In this document: positions 17,571 through 27,818 of the stretch, piece after piece | How positions within the stretch are numbered: position 1 is the first letter of the stretch | Layout of the letters: each line of letters begins with the position of its first letter | Origin: Candidatus Micrarchaeota archaeon | Lineage (GTDB): Archaea; Micrarchaeota; Micrarchaeia; Norongarragalinales; Norongarragalinaceae | Length of the DNA stretch: 64,000 nt | Direction of reading: 5' to 3' | Assembly: GCA_016207165.1 (NCBI GenBank) | Contig: JACQQD010000011.1 | Coordinates: forward strand, 32,001 to 96,000 | Translations under genes and position numbers: made by a program | The notes under the pieces: generated by a model | What the model saw: only the letters and a program-made list of their open reading frames with translations | The model's database searches: none | Told to the model about the DNA's origin: nothing

Positions 17571-18667
17571 CGCTGGAAAAAAGCCGCGGACGCATCGACG
17601 AAATCGACGAACAGATCACGAAACTCTTGGCCGAACGCGTGAACGTCGCCAAACGCACCCGCAAGGAAAAACAAGTCCAAGGCCAAGGGGTGACGGACGC
17701 CTCCCGCGAGAAGAACGTCTTGGAGCACGTCGAACGCGTGGCCAAAGAACATGGACTGGACCCCAACTTGGCGCTGCGCGTCTTTGAGGAAATCATGGCC
17801 GCGTCCAAGGCCCAGCAATACATGGACCACGACGCGCCCACCACGGAACGCCTTGACATTCAAACCGTGGCCTTCCAAGGCGAACGCGGCGCGTACAGCG
17901 AAGAGGCGCTTCGGCAAATCCTTCCAAACGCCGACCCCGTGCCTCGGCCGGAACTTGGCGACGTGTTTGACGAAGTGCAAAAAGGAAAAGCGGATGCCGG
18001 ACTGGTGCCTATTGAGAACAGTACGGAAGGCAGCATCAACTACACGTACGATCTTTTGTTGGACTCCCAATTGGGCATCGCCGGCGAGACGTTCTTGCGC
18101 GTGCGTCATTGCTTGCTGGCCAAATCAGGCACGAAAACGCGGGAGGGACTCCACGTGTACTCGCATCCCCAGGCGTTGGCCCAATGCCGGGATTTTTTGA
18201 TTGGCAAAAAACTGCAGCCCGTGCAATACTACGACACCGCCGGCGCCGCCAAAGCCATTGCCGAAGGCAAAATCCAAGGGGCCGCCATTGCCTCCAAGAC
18301 GGCGGCCGAACACTACGGGTTGGACGTGTTGGCGGAAGGCATTGAAGACAACCGCAACAACTACACGCGATTTATACTGATTTCCAAGAACACGCCGACG
18401 CCCACCGACTCGGACAAAACCTCCATCGTTTTTAGCACGCACCACCGGCCCGGCGCCTTGTTTGAAGTCATGAAAGTCTTTGCCAAAGCCGACATCAACC
18501 TGACCAAACTGGAGTCGCGGCCCACCAAGCAAAAACCCTGGGAGTACTTCTTCTATATGGATTTCGAGGGCACGGCATCCAAAGCCCCGTACCAGCAAGC
18601 CCTGGAAAACATCAAGCCCCACACGCTGTTCCTGAAGGTGCTGGGCAGCTATCCCCGGTCGCGGTGA
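17567..18667 (+). CDS. pheA: Chorismate mutase / prephenate dehydratase (P-protein)
   Basis: N-terminal CM (RGRIDEIDEQI), FQGERGAYSE, PIENSTEG, SHPQALAQC, NYTRF and ACT ESRP. Start at ATG 17567. Confidence 0.95.
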   Translation: MTLEKSRGRIDEIDEQITKLLAERVNVAKRTRKEKQVQGQGVTDASREKNVLEHVERVAKEHGLDPNLALRVFEEIMAASKAQQYMDHDAPTTERLDIQTVAFQGERGAYSEEALRQILPNADPVPRPELGDVFDEVQKGKADAGLVPIENSTEGSINYTYDLLLDSQLGIAGETFLRVRHCLLAKSGTKTREGLHVYSHPQALAQCRDFLIGKKLQPVQYYDTAGAAKAIAEGKIQGAAIASKTAAEHYGLDVLAEGIEDNRNNYTRFILISKNTPTPTDSDKTSIVFSTHHRPGALFEVMKVFAKADINLTKLESRPTKQKPWEYFFYMDFEGTASKAPYQQALENIKPHTLFLKVLGSYPRSR

Positions 18668-18735
18668 AATCCAAAACCTTGAAAAGCCCCAAAGCGCCCT
18701 AAAAACAAGGATTGCAAAACCGGTGGGAAAAAGTC

Positions 18736-19812
18736 ATGGCCTTGACGCTGTACCAATTGTCGGAAAAAATCTTCGAACTTGAAAAACAGGGAAAAAAGAT
18801 TCTGCGTTTGAACATTGGCGACCCGGGCCTAGTCACCCCCGACGCACTACGCAACGCCGCCAAAAAGTCGTTGGACGCCGGAGAAACACGGTACGCGTCG
18901 GCCCAAGGCGAAAAGCCGTTGTTGGACAAAATCGCTTCGACGCACGGCGCGGAGGCGCAAAACGTTTCCGTCACCCCAGGAAGCAAGTGGGCGTGCTACG
19001 CCGTCCTCCAATTGATGCTGAAACCCGGGGACAACATCGTCACCCCGGCGCCGTTTTGGTCGGCGTACGAATTAATGGCCAAAAGCTTCGGAGCCGAATG
19101 CCGACTGGTTAAAACGGAAATGGAGGACCACTTCCAATTCGACCCTCAAGCCTTGTTCGAATTGGTGGACGCCAAGACGAAAGTCATCGTGCTGAACGAC
19201 CCGTCCAACCCCACGTCCACGGAATACGGCGCTGAAAGCGTGAAAGCCGTGCTGGAATACGCGCAAGACCAAAAAATCTTGGTGTTGCTGGACGAAGCAT
19301 ACCGCGACTTGTCGTTCAAGAAAAATGAGTTGATGACGTACCAGGAGGGATTGGCGATCACCACCACGTTTTCCAAAGCGTACTGCATGAGCGGCTGGCG
19401 CGCCGGCTACCTGGTCGCCGACGCCGACGTCATCAAAAAAGTCGTTTCCCTTAACCAAATCACGTTCACCAACGTGCCTCGCTTCACCCAAGCCGCCATG
19501 CTGGAGGGGCTGACCCGCAGAGAGGAAGTCACGGGAGCCACGCGCAACGAATGCAAAAAGCGCTTGGCGGCTTGCGAACAAGTCTTTAAAGGAATTCAAT
19601 ACGCGAGGCCGGACGCAGGATTCTACTTCTTCCCCAAAGTCTCCGACGGCGACTCGATCACGGAAAAAATCTTGGAACAAGGCATTGCCGTCACGCCGGG
19701 CTCCGTCTTCGGCGGGTACAAGCAATTCATCCGGTTGTCGCTCTCGCACCCCCTGGAAAAGCTCACGCCCGCCTTGCAGACGATCCGCCGCGTGATTGAC
19801 GAGAACGCGTGA
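18736..19812 (+). CDS. PLP-dependent class I/II aminotransferase (aromatic/aspartate)
   Basis: LNIGDP, PSNPT, DEAY, FSKAYCMSGWRAG, plus operon context. Confidence 0.9.
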   Translation: MALTLYQLSEKIFELEKQGKKILRLNIGDPGLVTPDALRNAAKKSLDAGETRYASAQGEKPLLDKIASTHGAEAQNVSVTPGSKWACYAVLQLMLKPGDNIVTPAPFWSAYELMAKSFGAECRLVKTEMEDHFQFDPQALFELVDAKTKVIVLNDPSNPTSTEYGAESVKAVLEYAQDQKILVLLDEAYRDLSFKKNELMTYQEGLAITTTFSKAYCMSGWRAGYLVADADVIKKVVSLNQITFTNVPRFTQAAMLEGLTRREEVTGATRNECKKRLAACEQVFKGIQYARPDAGFYFFPKVSDGDSITEKILEQGIAVTPGSVFGGYKQFIRLSLSHPLEKLTPALQTIRRVIDENA

Positions 19813-19843
19813 CGGTTCCCATGAAGAAGAAGAAGGGAAAACA

Positions 19844-20572
19844 ATGAAAGCACTTGGCCTCGTTGGATTTGGCCAATTCGGAAAATTCGCCGCCCGACAC
19901 CTCAAGGACCACTTCGACGTCACGGTGTCTGACGAGAAAGACGTCTCGGAATCCGCAAGAAAAATGGGTTTGAAGGCCGGCCCCCTCAAGCAAGCCGCGC
20001 AAAGCGACGTCGTGGTCCTGGCGGTTCCCGTGTCCAAACTGCGTTCCGTATTGAAAGCCATAGCGCCCCACCTCAAAAAAGGCGCGTGGGTGGCCGACGT
20101 AGGCTCAGTGAAGATCGAGCCCGTGGAATGGATGGAAAAAATCCTTCCGAAAACCGTGAACGTCATCGGCACGCACCCCATTTTCGGGCCTCAAAGCGGG
20201 AGAAACGGCATTCAAGGCTTACCCATCATCGTATGCCCCGTGCGCGGGGATTCCGCCAAAGTGACAGCCTTTCTGGAAGGTACACTCAAACTCCACGTCG
20301 TCCAATCCACCCCCGAAAAACACGACGAAGACATGGCCTACAGCCAAGCGTTGGCCCATTTCGTGGGCCAGGCGCTCAAAGAAATGGATTTGCCGGACGT
20401 CAAGGAAAAAGCCGCCACGTATGAGGCCCTCTTGGCCATCCGGGACCTCGTGAAATACGACTCCCCGGAGTTGTTTGAAACCATTCAAAAAGAAAACCCG
20501 CACGCCGAAACGGTCCGCCAACGCTTCATGGACCAACTTGAAGAAATCCACAAGCGGTTGCGTAAAGCTTAA
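19844..20572 (+). CDS. tyrA: Prephenate/arogenate dehydrogenase
   Basis: GFGQFG Rossmann motif, DVGSVK, THPIFGP, HDEDMA.SQAL.H. Confidence 0.92.
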   Translation: MKALGLVGFGQFGKFAARHLKDHFDVTVSDEKDVSESARKMGLKAGPLKQAAQSDVVVLAVPVSKLRSVLKAIAPHLKKGAWVADVGSVKIEPVEWMEKILPKTVNVIGTHPIFGPQSGRNGIQGLPIIVCPVRGDSAKVTAFLEGTLKLHVVQSTPEKHDEDMAYSQALAHFVGQALKEMDLPDVKEKAATYEALLAIRDLVKYDSPELFETIQKENPHAETVRQRFMDQLEEIHKRLRKA

Positions 20573-20597
20573 ACAACGCCTCCAACGTAACGAATCC

Positions 20598-21722
20598 ATG
20601 AAAAAAGAATTGGACCCGTGGTCCACGCAACTCATTTCGGACTACGACTACTTGTTCAAAGAATTCGGGTTGCAGCACTTCGACGCCAAACTCCAAAAAA
20701 AACTCTCGGGCCACCGCCTTTACCGAAGGGGCATCGTGTTTGCGCACCGGGACTTTGACCAATTCGTGCAAGCCTCGAAAAACAAACAGCCGACGGCCGT
20801 CATGACGGGCATCAAGCCCTCCGGGGAATTCCATTTGGGCTCCAAAATGACGGCCGAAGAAATCATTTTCCTCCAGAAACAGTTCAACAGCCGCTTGTTT
20901 TACGCCATTGCCGACGTGGAAGCCTACGCCGACAACGGGCTGAATTTCCAGCAAAGCCACCAAAACGCGGTGGACAACGTCGCCGACTTGCTGGCCCTGG
21001 GCCTGGACCCCGAAAAGACGTTCGTCTACAAGCAATCCGAGAACATGCACGTCAACAACCTCGCCAACATTTTCGCCCGCAAAACCACGCTCAACACCCT
21101 GGAAGCCTTGTACGGCCACCAGAACCTGGCCCTGTATTTGGCGGTGCTCACGCAAGCCGGCGACATTCTGGCCCCTCAACTGGACGCCTTTGACGGCCCC
21201 AAACATACGGTGGTTCCCGTAGGCATCGACCAAGACCCCCACATCCGCTTCACCCGCGACTTGTCTGCCAAGTTCAAAGACGAATTCGGGTTCATCACGC
21301 CTGCGGCCACCTTCCACAAGTTCTTTCGAGCGTTAAACGGCGAGACGAAGATGTCCAAACGCGACCCCCTGAACATCATGACGCTCAACGACGACAACGT
21401 ACTGCTCAAAAAGAAGTTGGCCAACGCGCTGACCGGCGGACGCGCCACCGCCGAAGAGCAAAGGCGGTTGGGCGCCAACCCGTACGTCTGCGTCGTGTTC
21501 GAGTTGATGAAGTACCACTTCTACGACGACGACTCCGCGCTCAAGGACATGGAACAGGACTGCAAGAGCGGAAAACTGCTTTGCGGCGAGTGCAAGGCCA
21601 TCCGCCTCAAACACATCCAAGAATACTACAAGAAGCACCAGGAAAAAAAGAAAAAAGCGCGCGCCCAAGCCGAACAAATCCTGGAACAACCCATCGCGTT
21701 CAAGAAGAAAAAGTCCAACTAA
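20598..21722 (+). CDS. trpS: Tryptophanyl-tRNA synthetase (archaeal type)
   Basis: HRDF, TGIKPSG.FHLG, VPVGIDQDPH, KMSK, ALTGGR, CGECK. Confidence 0.93.
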   Translation: MKKELDPWSTQLISDYDYLFKEFGLQHFDAKLQKKLSGHRLYRRGIVFAHRDFDQFVQASKNKQPTAVMTGIKPSGEFHLGSKMTAEEIIFLQKQFNSRLFYAIADVEAYADNGLNFQQSHQNAVDNVADLLALGLDPEKTFVYKQSENMHVNNLANIFARKTTLNTLEALYGHQNLALYLAVLTQAGDILAPQLDAFDGPKHTVVPVGIDQDPHIRFTRDLSAKFKDEFGFITPAATFHKFFRALNGETKMSKRDPLNIMTLNDDNVLLKKKLANALTGGRATAEEQRRLGANPYVCVVFELMKYHFYDDDSALKDMEQDCKSGKLLCGECKAIRLKHIQEYYKKHQEKKKKARAQAEQILEQPIAFKKKKSN

Positions 21723-21792
21723 CCCAACGGGGAAGGGGGATCCGGAGGAACGTAGAACTGAGGGGGAAACCGGGGTTTCCCCCGCGGTTTCG

Positions 21793-21840
21793 GCCGAGCA
21801 AATCCTGGAACAACCCATCACGTTCAAGAAGAAAAAATAG
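21793..21840 (+). repeat. Diverged duplicate of the trpS 3' end (AEQILEQPITFKKKK*), separated from the gene by a GC hairpin
   Basis: Matches 21669-21713 with 3 substitutions. Confidence 0.9.
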
Positions 21841-21930
21841 CCACGCGGTTTGTGAGAACAAAGCTTAAAAGCGGAAACCAAGTCAACGTAGAGCCACGTT
21901 TTTTGTGGTGGGGAGTTTCAAGCACCGGAC

Positions 21931-23064
21931 ATGTTTCTCACGTTCCGCAACGCCAAGAAATTGGTGGCGCAACACGACACGCCGTTGATGGTCATCAGCA
22001 AATCACGCGTCCGCGCCAACTACCAGGCCCTCAAAAAAGCCTTGCCTCGCGTGCAAATCCATTACGCCTTGAAAGCCAACCCCCACAAAGGCATTTTGAA
22101 CATTTTGCGCCAAGAAGGCTCCGAGTTTGACGTCGCGTCCTACCAGGAAATCAAGTGGCTCTTGGACATCGGCGTGGATTCCACGAAAATGATTTACGCC
22201 AACCCCATCAAGTCCGTACCCGACTTGGTGCGGGCGTACAACGTCGGCGTGGAAAAATTCGTGTTCGACAACGACACGGAACTCCAGAAGATGGCGCGGT
22301 ACGCCAAAGACGCCGACGTGGTGCTGAGGCTGTTCGTGGACAACAACGCGGCGTACTACAAGTTGTCCGCCAAATACGGGGCGCAGCCCAAGCACGCCAT
22401 CCGGTTGCTGAAAAAAGCCCAGAAACTGGGCCTGAACCCCGTCGGCCTCGCATTTCACGTGGGGTCCCAGAACACGCGGTCGGAAGACTACATCAACGCC
22501 ATCAAGACCTCCGTGAAAATCTACAAGGAAGCCAAGAAAAAAGGCGTCGAACTTGAACTCTTGGACATCGGCGGCGGGTTTCCCGTCCGGTACGGCCACA
22601 AGAAAACCGACAACGGGCACGTGGACGCCAAGCAAATCCTTTCCGACGTCAACGCCGCTTTAGAGGAGAACGTGCCGGAGTCGTTGGAGGTCATCGCCGA
22701 ACCCGGACGCTTCATCATCGGCGACGCCGCGATTCTGATTTCCCGCGTGATCGGCAAATCCAAGCGCAACCGCGTCATTTGGTATTACTTGGACGACGGC
22801 TACTACCACTCCTACACCGACCTTCACGCCTCGAACTGGAAGTACGAATTCGTTCCCCAACGAAAGCAACGCAAACGCCACAAAATCCGCTCCGTGTTGG
22901 CGGGCCCCACGTGCGACTCGTACGACGTCATCGCGAAAAGCATTTGGCTTCCAGAGTTAGAAATCGGGGACCTCATCATGTCGCCCAACATGGGCGCGTA
23001 CAGCACCGCCATTTCCAGCCAGTTCAACGGTTTTCCGCCCGCCAAAACCATCTACGTCGATTAA
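21931..23064 (+). CDS. Ornithine/lysine decarboxylase (fold type III PLP enzyme)
   Basis: YALKAN, FDVAS, YANPIK, KYGA, FHVGSQ, DIGGGF, EPGR, GPTCDS.D, MGAY. Confidence 0.93.
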   Translation: MFLTFRNAKKLVAQHDTPLMVISKSRVRANYQALKKALPRVQIHYALKANPHKGILNILRQEGSEFDVASYQEIKWLLDIGVDSTKMIYANPIKSVPDLVRAYNVGVEKFVFDNDTELQKMARYAKDADVVLRLFVDNNAAYYKLSAKYGAQPKHAIRLLKKAQKLGLNPVGLAFHVGSQNTRSEDYINAIKTSVKIYKEAKKKGVELELLDIGGGFPVRYGHKKTDNGHVDAKQILSDVNAALEENVPESLEVIAEPGRFIIGDAAILISRVIGKSKRNRVIWYYLDDGYYHSYTDLHASNWKYEFVPQRKQRKRHKIRSVLAGPTCDSYDVIAKSIWLPELEIGDLIMSPNMGAYSTAISSQFNGFPPAKTIYVD

Positions 23065-23086
23065 AAACCGAGAAACGCATGGAACC

Positions 23087-24586
23087 GTGATGGCCAACAA
23101 TGCAACGCGCTTCCGCGGGGCGCCGGCACTCAGCAAACAAGACGAATTCCAGCAGGCGTTGCGAAGCCTCATCTCCGAAGATCCCACGCGGGGCAATAAA
23201 GAACTCGTCGACGAATTAAACCGGAGACTGGAAGACTACCTGGCCCAACACTACCAAGGCGGACGCGTGACCCGCGCCGATGTCCGATACGGAAGACGCC
23301 ACGCGCTAAAACAAATTCAGGACGCGCTGTACACCAAAGACCCAAAACAAGACCATTGGTCGCACGAAGAACTGAATCGGCTCACATTTCTGTGGGGACA
23401 ACGGCCTTCGCCCGAGTGGCTTTCCCGCGTACAGCAATTTCACGCCAACAAAGCACTTCATTTGCTGTTCGAACCGCGGCTGCGGACACCCGTCCACTGG
23501 CGCGAAGTGCCCGCCAAACTCCACCAGAAGCGAAGGCAACGGGGCCTTGAAAGCGTGGCGGACTTAAGCGACAACGACATTGTTTCGGCCATACCGGAAA
23601 ACGTGGCATTTCTTCGGCGAGTCAAAGGACTCAAAACAAGCAAGGCCTGCGATTTGATCATTCAACAAGTCGCTGAAATTCCGCGCAACCCAAGCACGAC
23701 AAACTGGAAGGACGCGAAAACAAGGGAAACGTTTGCTCGAAGCCTCATGCACCGCTTTGGCCGCGTGAAAGATATCCCAATCCAAAGCGTTCCCAAAGCA
23801 CTGATCCGGTTCTACGGAACGCAGAAACGCGGAAAATACGTGGGGGCACTGGCCAGACTGCTCTCCGAATTCAACTTAATCACTCCCGAACAGTCCACTC
23901 GATTGACGGCGTACCGGAGCCACAACCGCCGCCGACGCATCCTGCTTCAACACTTAAACCCAAACGCAGGCCAAGCCAAATACCGAGACCTGACCGGCAT
24001 GGCCAAAGGACCCATCAGCAGGACATTCGTCCAAATGGAAAGAGAACTGAGAGCCGCGTTTGCCGAAGTTCAAAAAGGACAAAGAACCCTGGCGGACGTC
24101 GCCAGAGAATTCGGAGTTGGAGCGCGGGGAATCCAGACGCTCTACAAACCATTTGAACAAGACGGTTCCCTAACGCTGTTCTCATACCGCGGAACCGCCA
24201 AACCCGAATTTCGCGAAGACATGAAAACAATGGGCGCGTTGAACAAAGACCTTGAAGAACACTGGCATGCACTGGGCGGCCGAAACCAAAACGGCAGAAG
24301 GCTTGCACCCGGAAGCCAAGTCAGCATGCCCCCTCAAATCAGACGACTGCGAACCCTGCTTCATAAACTCCGAAGAGCCAAAGAACTCAACGCAAGAACG
24401 GTCGGACGGCACGTCGCCGAGGCTCAAAGCATGTGCGAACGCCTAACCGAAAACGGGTCCGCCATCACCATCCGCCAACCGCGAGCCAAACTCGTCACCG
24501 AACGAACCATACCGGGCACCCGCTTTACGAACCTCCACCACACCCTGGAAGCCATCCGCCACGAACACCGGCTTTGGGCCGCGTGA
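23087..24586 (+). CDS. Hypothetical basic protein (499 aa) with a possible HTH
   Basis: Long Arg-rich ORF. TLADVAREFGVGARGIQ resembles an HTH. Confidence 0.7.
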   Translation: MMANNATRFRGAPALSKQDEFQQALRSLISEDPTRGNKELVDELNRRLEDYLAQHYQGGRVTRADVRYGRRHALKQIQDALYTKDPKQDHWSHEELNRLTFLWGQRPSPEWLSRVQQFHANKALHLLFEPRLRTPVHWREVPAKLHQKRRQRGLESVADLSDNDIVSAIPENVAFLRRVKGLKTSKACDLIIQQVAEIPRNPSTTNWKDAKTRETFARSLMHRFGRVKDIPIQSVPKALIRFYGTQKRGKYVGALARLLSEFNLITPEQSTRLTAYRSHNRRRRILLQHLNPNAGQAKYRDLTGMAKGPISRTFVQMERELRAAFAEVQKGQRTLADVAREFGVGARGIQTLYKPFEQDGSLTLFSYRGTAKPEFREDMKTMGALNKDLEEHWHALGGRNQNGRRLAPGSQVSMPPQIRRLRTLLHKLRRAKELNARTVGRHVAEAQSMCERLTENGSAITIRQPRAKLVTERTIPGTRFTNLHHTLEAIRHEHRLWAA

Positions 24587-24629
24587 AAACCGCCGACGAA
24601 ATTAAAAGCCGTGCAACCATACGTGTGCC

Positions 24630-27137
24630 ATGAAGGTCTTCTTGTTTTTCGCGCTCCTTCTTGCAACCGCTTCCGCCGTTGCCGTCGAAAGCGTGCAGGG
24701 GATTGGACCGAAAAACCCCACCCTTTTTGAACCCGTTGAATTCAAGATCCGTTTTTCCGCCAACCTTGGAGATGAAGCACAAGGAACCACGCACAATTAC
24801 TGGCTGATTCTTGAAGACCAAAACCATGAGCGTGCCGTGGTTCGCCCGTACGGCGACTTTAGCTACTACGAGGATTTCACCGGATACAAAACAATCACCC
24901 TCCGCGAATCCCTGAACATCGAACCCAAATACACGGGCAAGCCCCTGAAAGCCGCGATCGCGTGGAGCGTTCAAGACGACACACAAACCCAATCGGGAAA
25001 AGCGTATTGGGGAAACGCCAACGACTTCAAAAACGACGTCATCGTCTTTCAAGCACCGGCTTCCGACCAAGAAACCGTTGGAGGCGTGTTGCTGGATTTC
25101 GTCCGAGAAAAATACGCCCGGAGGGATTTTCAAGCCATTCATGACGCGTTGTTCTTGCGACCCATGGCCAAGTTGGACTCGCACGCGTGCGACATCAACG
25201 CGTACTGGGTCATGAGCCAGGTCGCCATCAAGAAAAACCCGTTTCAAGACGACGAATTCTACGACAACACGCGGCACCCGAAAACGGTTTTTGAAAACTG
25301 GGAGAACTGCCTCGAGGAAACCAAGAATCGGTTCACCCAGACGCTCTCCAGCGCCGTGATCCTGGACAAAAAAGAAAAGGATGAGTACGTGCTGGCGTTG
25401 AACACCCAAACCGGTTTTCCAACGAGCACTACGTTGAACGTCCGCAACTCCAAAAACCAGGAAGTGCGGATTCGCTTGGCGGACGTAGGCGCCCAGCAAG
25501 TCCGGTTGGAGCTTGACGCCAGCGGCGAGTCCCTTCCTTTGAACCAAGACGGCGTGCTGAAAACGGGTTTGACTCCCGAAGAACTTGAACAGCATCCGCT
25601 GAACAACCAAAACCTCGGATTGACGTTTGAACTGAAAGCCGTCAAAGCGCCCCTGGTTCTTCTATCCGTCAAGCGGGCTTCAGGACAACTTGACCGCAAC
25701 GGCAACTGCCGTTTTTTCGCCGGCAAACCAGACGCCGCAATCCACGTGGCCGTGGCCCCCCACGAATACCGAGGCAACCAAGAAAAATTCGAAAAAGACC
25801 TGCAAAAAGCCGTGTGGCTCCTGGAGCAAACCCTTCAAGAACGGTTTGACCAAATCAAGATCAGCGTGCTGGAATCCGAAGTGCCCTGCGTGAAAAAAAA
25901 CCGGCATCTGTTTTGCGACACGTCCTTCGCGCAAGCGGCCTGCAACACGGACTACGTGTACGTCCACGCCAACGAGCAACCCTTCCAAAAAGGCGACAAG
26001 ACATTGTTGCGCGGCATACGGCAAGGCAATCAAGCCAACTGCCCGGCGAACGCCCCCGAATGCTTCCGCCACGAATTGGGCCACCTCTGGTTCGGCCTCT
26101 CCGACCGGTACTGCTGCGACGGCGGCTACTTTCCGCCCACCGTTTACGCCGACGAAGCGAAATGCCGCTCCACCGTGCAAAGATTGTACTCTAAAACATC
26201 TGCCGAACTTCAAAAAAAGTTCACCCGCCACCTGGCCAGCTTCCTGGACAAAGAAACCGCCCCCGACGGAGAGTCCGTCTTGAACCCCTACGGCTTGGAC
26301 GCGACGCTGTTTTCCTTGTCCAGCCAACAACGCGCACCGCTGCTTAAAACCCCACAATGCAAGTCGTTCCAAGACGTCCACGAAAAAAAGCGATTCATTT
26401 TCAGTCAGGACTCCGTCATGAAAAAAAATGCGTACCCCGCGTTTTCCATCGACGAATTGGCCGCCGTGGACCGCGTCTTGAAGGACCCAGAAGGCAAAAA
26501 GACGGGACCAATCCAAGCGGAAAACGCAAAAAGCCTGGAATTCGATGGCCACCGAGCCAAAAAAGTCTTGCACGCGAAACTGGAATTCCACGACAACAAG
26601 CTCGCCATAACGGACGCCATCCTGCAGTACGCCGACGCGCAACCCACCCTCATTTCGCAACCCGGAGGCATCCAAATCGCTTTTTTTGACGCCGACGGCC
26701 AAAGCGTGGTCGTACACGCCATCCCGGATCCCCGGCACGTATTCATTGACGACTTTTCAAAAGAAGAATTGACGGGCGGTTTCTTCGTGGACCCCGACGC
26801 CTCTTTTTCGCTGCGCTTGCCGTTCCCGGAGGAAGCAAAAACCCTGGAGTTTTACGACGAAAGCGGCTTGCTTTTGCGCACGGACGTTGACGGCGTGACG
26901 TCCAATTTCTGTCAAACCAGGACCGTCAAAGAGGATGACTACTGCGAACCGTTGTGCCAAAGCGACGCGGACTGCACAACCGTCAACGCCGTTCCGGCAT
27001 CGGTCGCGCCAACGCCTGCACCGCCTATCCAGCCCGCGTCAACGACGTCCGCCGACGCATTTCCAGTCTACGCCACGGCGTTTCTCGTGGTTCTGGTGCT
27101 AGCCTTCTACGCCGTGTTTTGGAGGAAAACGGCGTGA
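24630..27137 (+). CDS. Secreted, C-terminally anchored zinc metallopeptidase-like protein
   Basis: Signal peptide, HELGHLWFGLSDRY zincin motif, P/T/A linker, C-terminal TM helix and basic tail. Confidence 0.75.
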   Translation: MKVFLFFALLLATASAVAVESVQGIGPKNPTLFEPVEFKIRFSANLGDEAQGTTHNYWLILEDQNHERAVVRPYGDFSYYEDFTGYKTITLRESLNIEPKYTGKPLKAAIAWSVQDDTQTQSGKAYWGNANDFKNDVIVFQAPASDQETVGGVLLDFVREKYARRDFQAIHDALFLRPMAKLDSHACDINAYWVMSQVAIKKNPFQDDEFYDNTRHPKTVFENWENCLEETKNRFTQTLSSAVILDKKEKDEYVLALNTQTGFPTSTTLNVRNSKNQEVRIRLADVGAQQVRLELDASGESLPLNQDGVLKTGLTPEELEQHPLNNQNLGLTFELKAVKAPLVLLSVKRASGQLDRNGNCRFFAGKPDAAIHVAVAPHEYRGNQEKFEKDLQKAVWLLEQTLQERFDQIKISVLESEVPCVKKNRHLFCDTSFAQAACNTDYVYVHANEQPFQKGDKTLLRGIRQGNQANCPANAPECFRHELGHLWFGLSDRYCCDGGYFPPTVYADEAKCRSTVQRLYSKTSAELQKKFTRHLASFLDKETAPDGESVLNPYGLDATLFSLSSQQRAPLLKTPQCKSFQDVHEKKRFIFSQDSVMKKNAYPAFSIDELAAVDRVLKDPEGKKTGPIQAENAKSLEFDGHRAKKVLHAKLEFHDNKLAITDAILQYADAQPTLISQPGGIQIAFFDADGQSVVVHAIPDPRHVFIDDFSKEELTGGFFVDPDASFSLRLPFPEEAKTLEFYDESGLLLRTDVDGVTSNFCQTRTVKEDDYCEPLCQSDADCTTVNAVPASVAPTPAPPIQPASTTSADAFPVYATAFLVVLVLAFYAVFWRKTA

Positions 27138-27814
27138 CGCTCCAATTTCTGTACAACGAAGCCGCCGCCAAGCTTCACGACGCTCTTTTGTTGTCCGACC
27201 TGCATTTGGGCATCGAATACGACCTCCAAGAAAAAGGCTACCACGTGCCCCTCCAATTCAAGGCCGTGGCCGCCCACGTCAACGCGATAATCAAGCAATC
27301 CAGGGCCCGCCAAGTCATCTTTCTTGGAGACGTCAAGCACGACGTGTTCGGTTTGAAGGACAAGGAACACCGCATGCTCAACGCGTTTTTCCGCCGGCTT
27401 AAAACCAAGCGCATCACCGTCTGCAAGGGCAACCACGACTCGGAAATCGAGGCCGTAAAAGGCATCACAGTCGCTGCACCGGAAGGATTTCTTTTCGAAG
27501 ACACGCTCTTGTTTCACGGCCACGCGCAACCCGACCCTGAACTCGTCAAGAAGGCCGACGCGATTTGTTGCGGCCACGAGCACCCCTTGGCGCAAATCCG
27601 GGAAGGACGGCACACGTGGACGGAGAAAGCCTGGATTCTCGGCTTGCAAGGCAAAAAGCGGTTCACCGTGTTCCCGCATTTCGGGCCCTTAGTGGGGGGA
27701 CGCGTGTTTGACCCGGAAAAACACCTCGTGCGCTTTCTGTCCAATGCGTCTTGCCGCAACGCCTCGGCGCACCTGTTAAGCGGAGTCCGCCTGGGCAAAG
27801 TCAGGAACGTATAG
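27134..27814 (+). CDS. Metallophosphoesterase (COG1407/ICC-like)
   Basis: SDLHLG, GDVKH, GNHD, FHGH, GHEHP. GTG start overlaps the upstream stop. Confidence 0.9.
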   Translation: MTLQFLYNEAAAKLHDALLLSDLHLGIEYDLQEKGYHVPLQFKAVAAHVNAIIKQSRARQVIFLGDVKHDVFGLKDKEHRMLNAFFRRLKTKRITVCKGNHDSEIEAVKGITVAAPEGFLFEDTLLFHGHAQPDPELVKKADAICCGHEHPLAQIREGRHTWTEKAWILGLQGKKRFTVFPHFGPLVGGRVFDPEKHLVRFLSNASCRNASAHLLSGVRLGKVRNV

Positions 27815-27818
27815 TCCC

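Noticed and set aside
21841-22130. Antizyme-like or polyamine-responsive uORF at the ornithine decarboxylase
   Set aside because: The overlapping ORF has no telling features, and the decarboxylase has a normal in-frame ATG with a GGGGAG SD-like sequence upstream.
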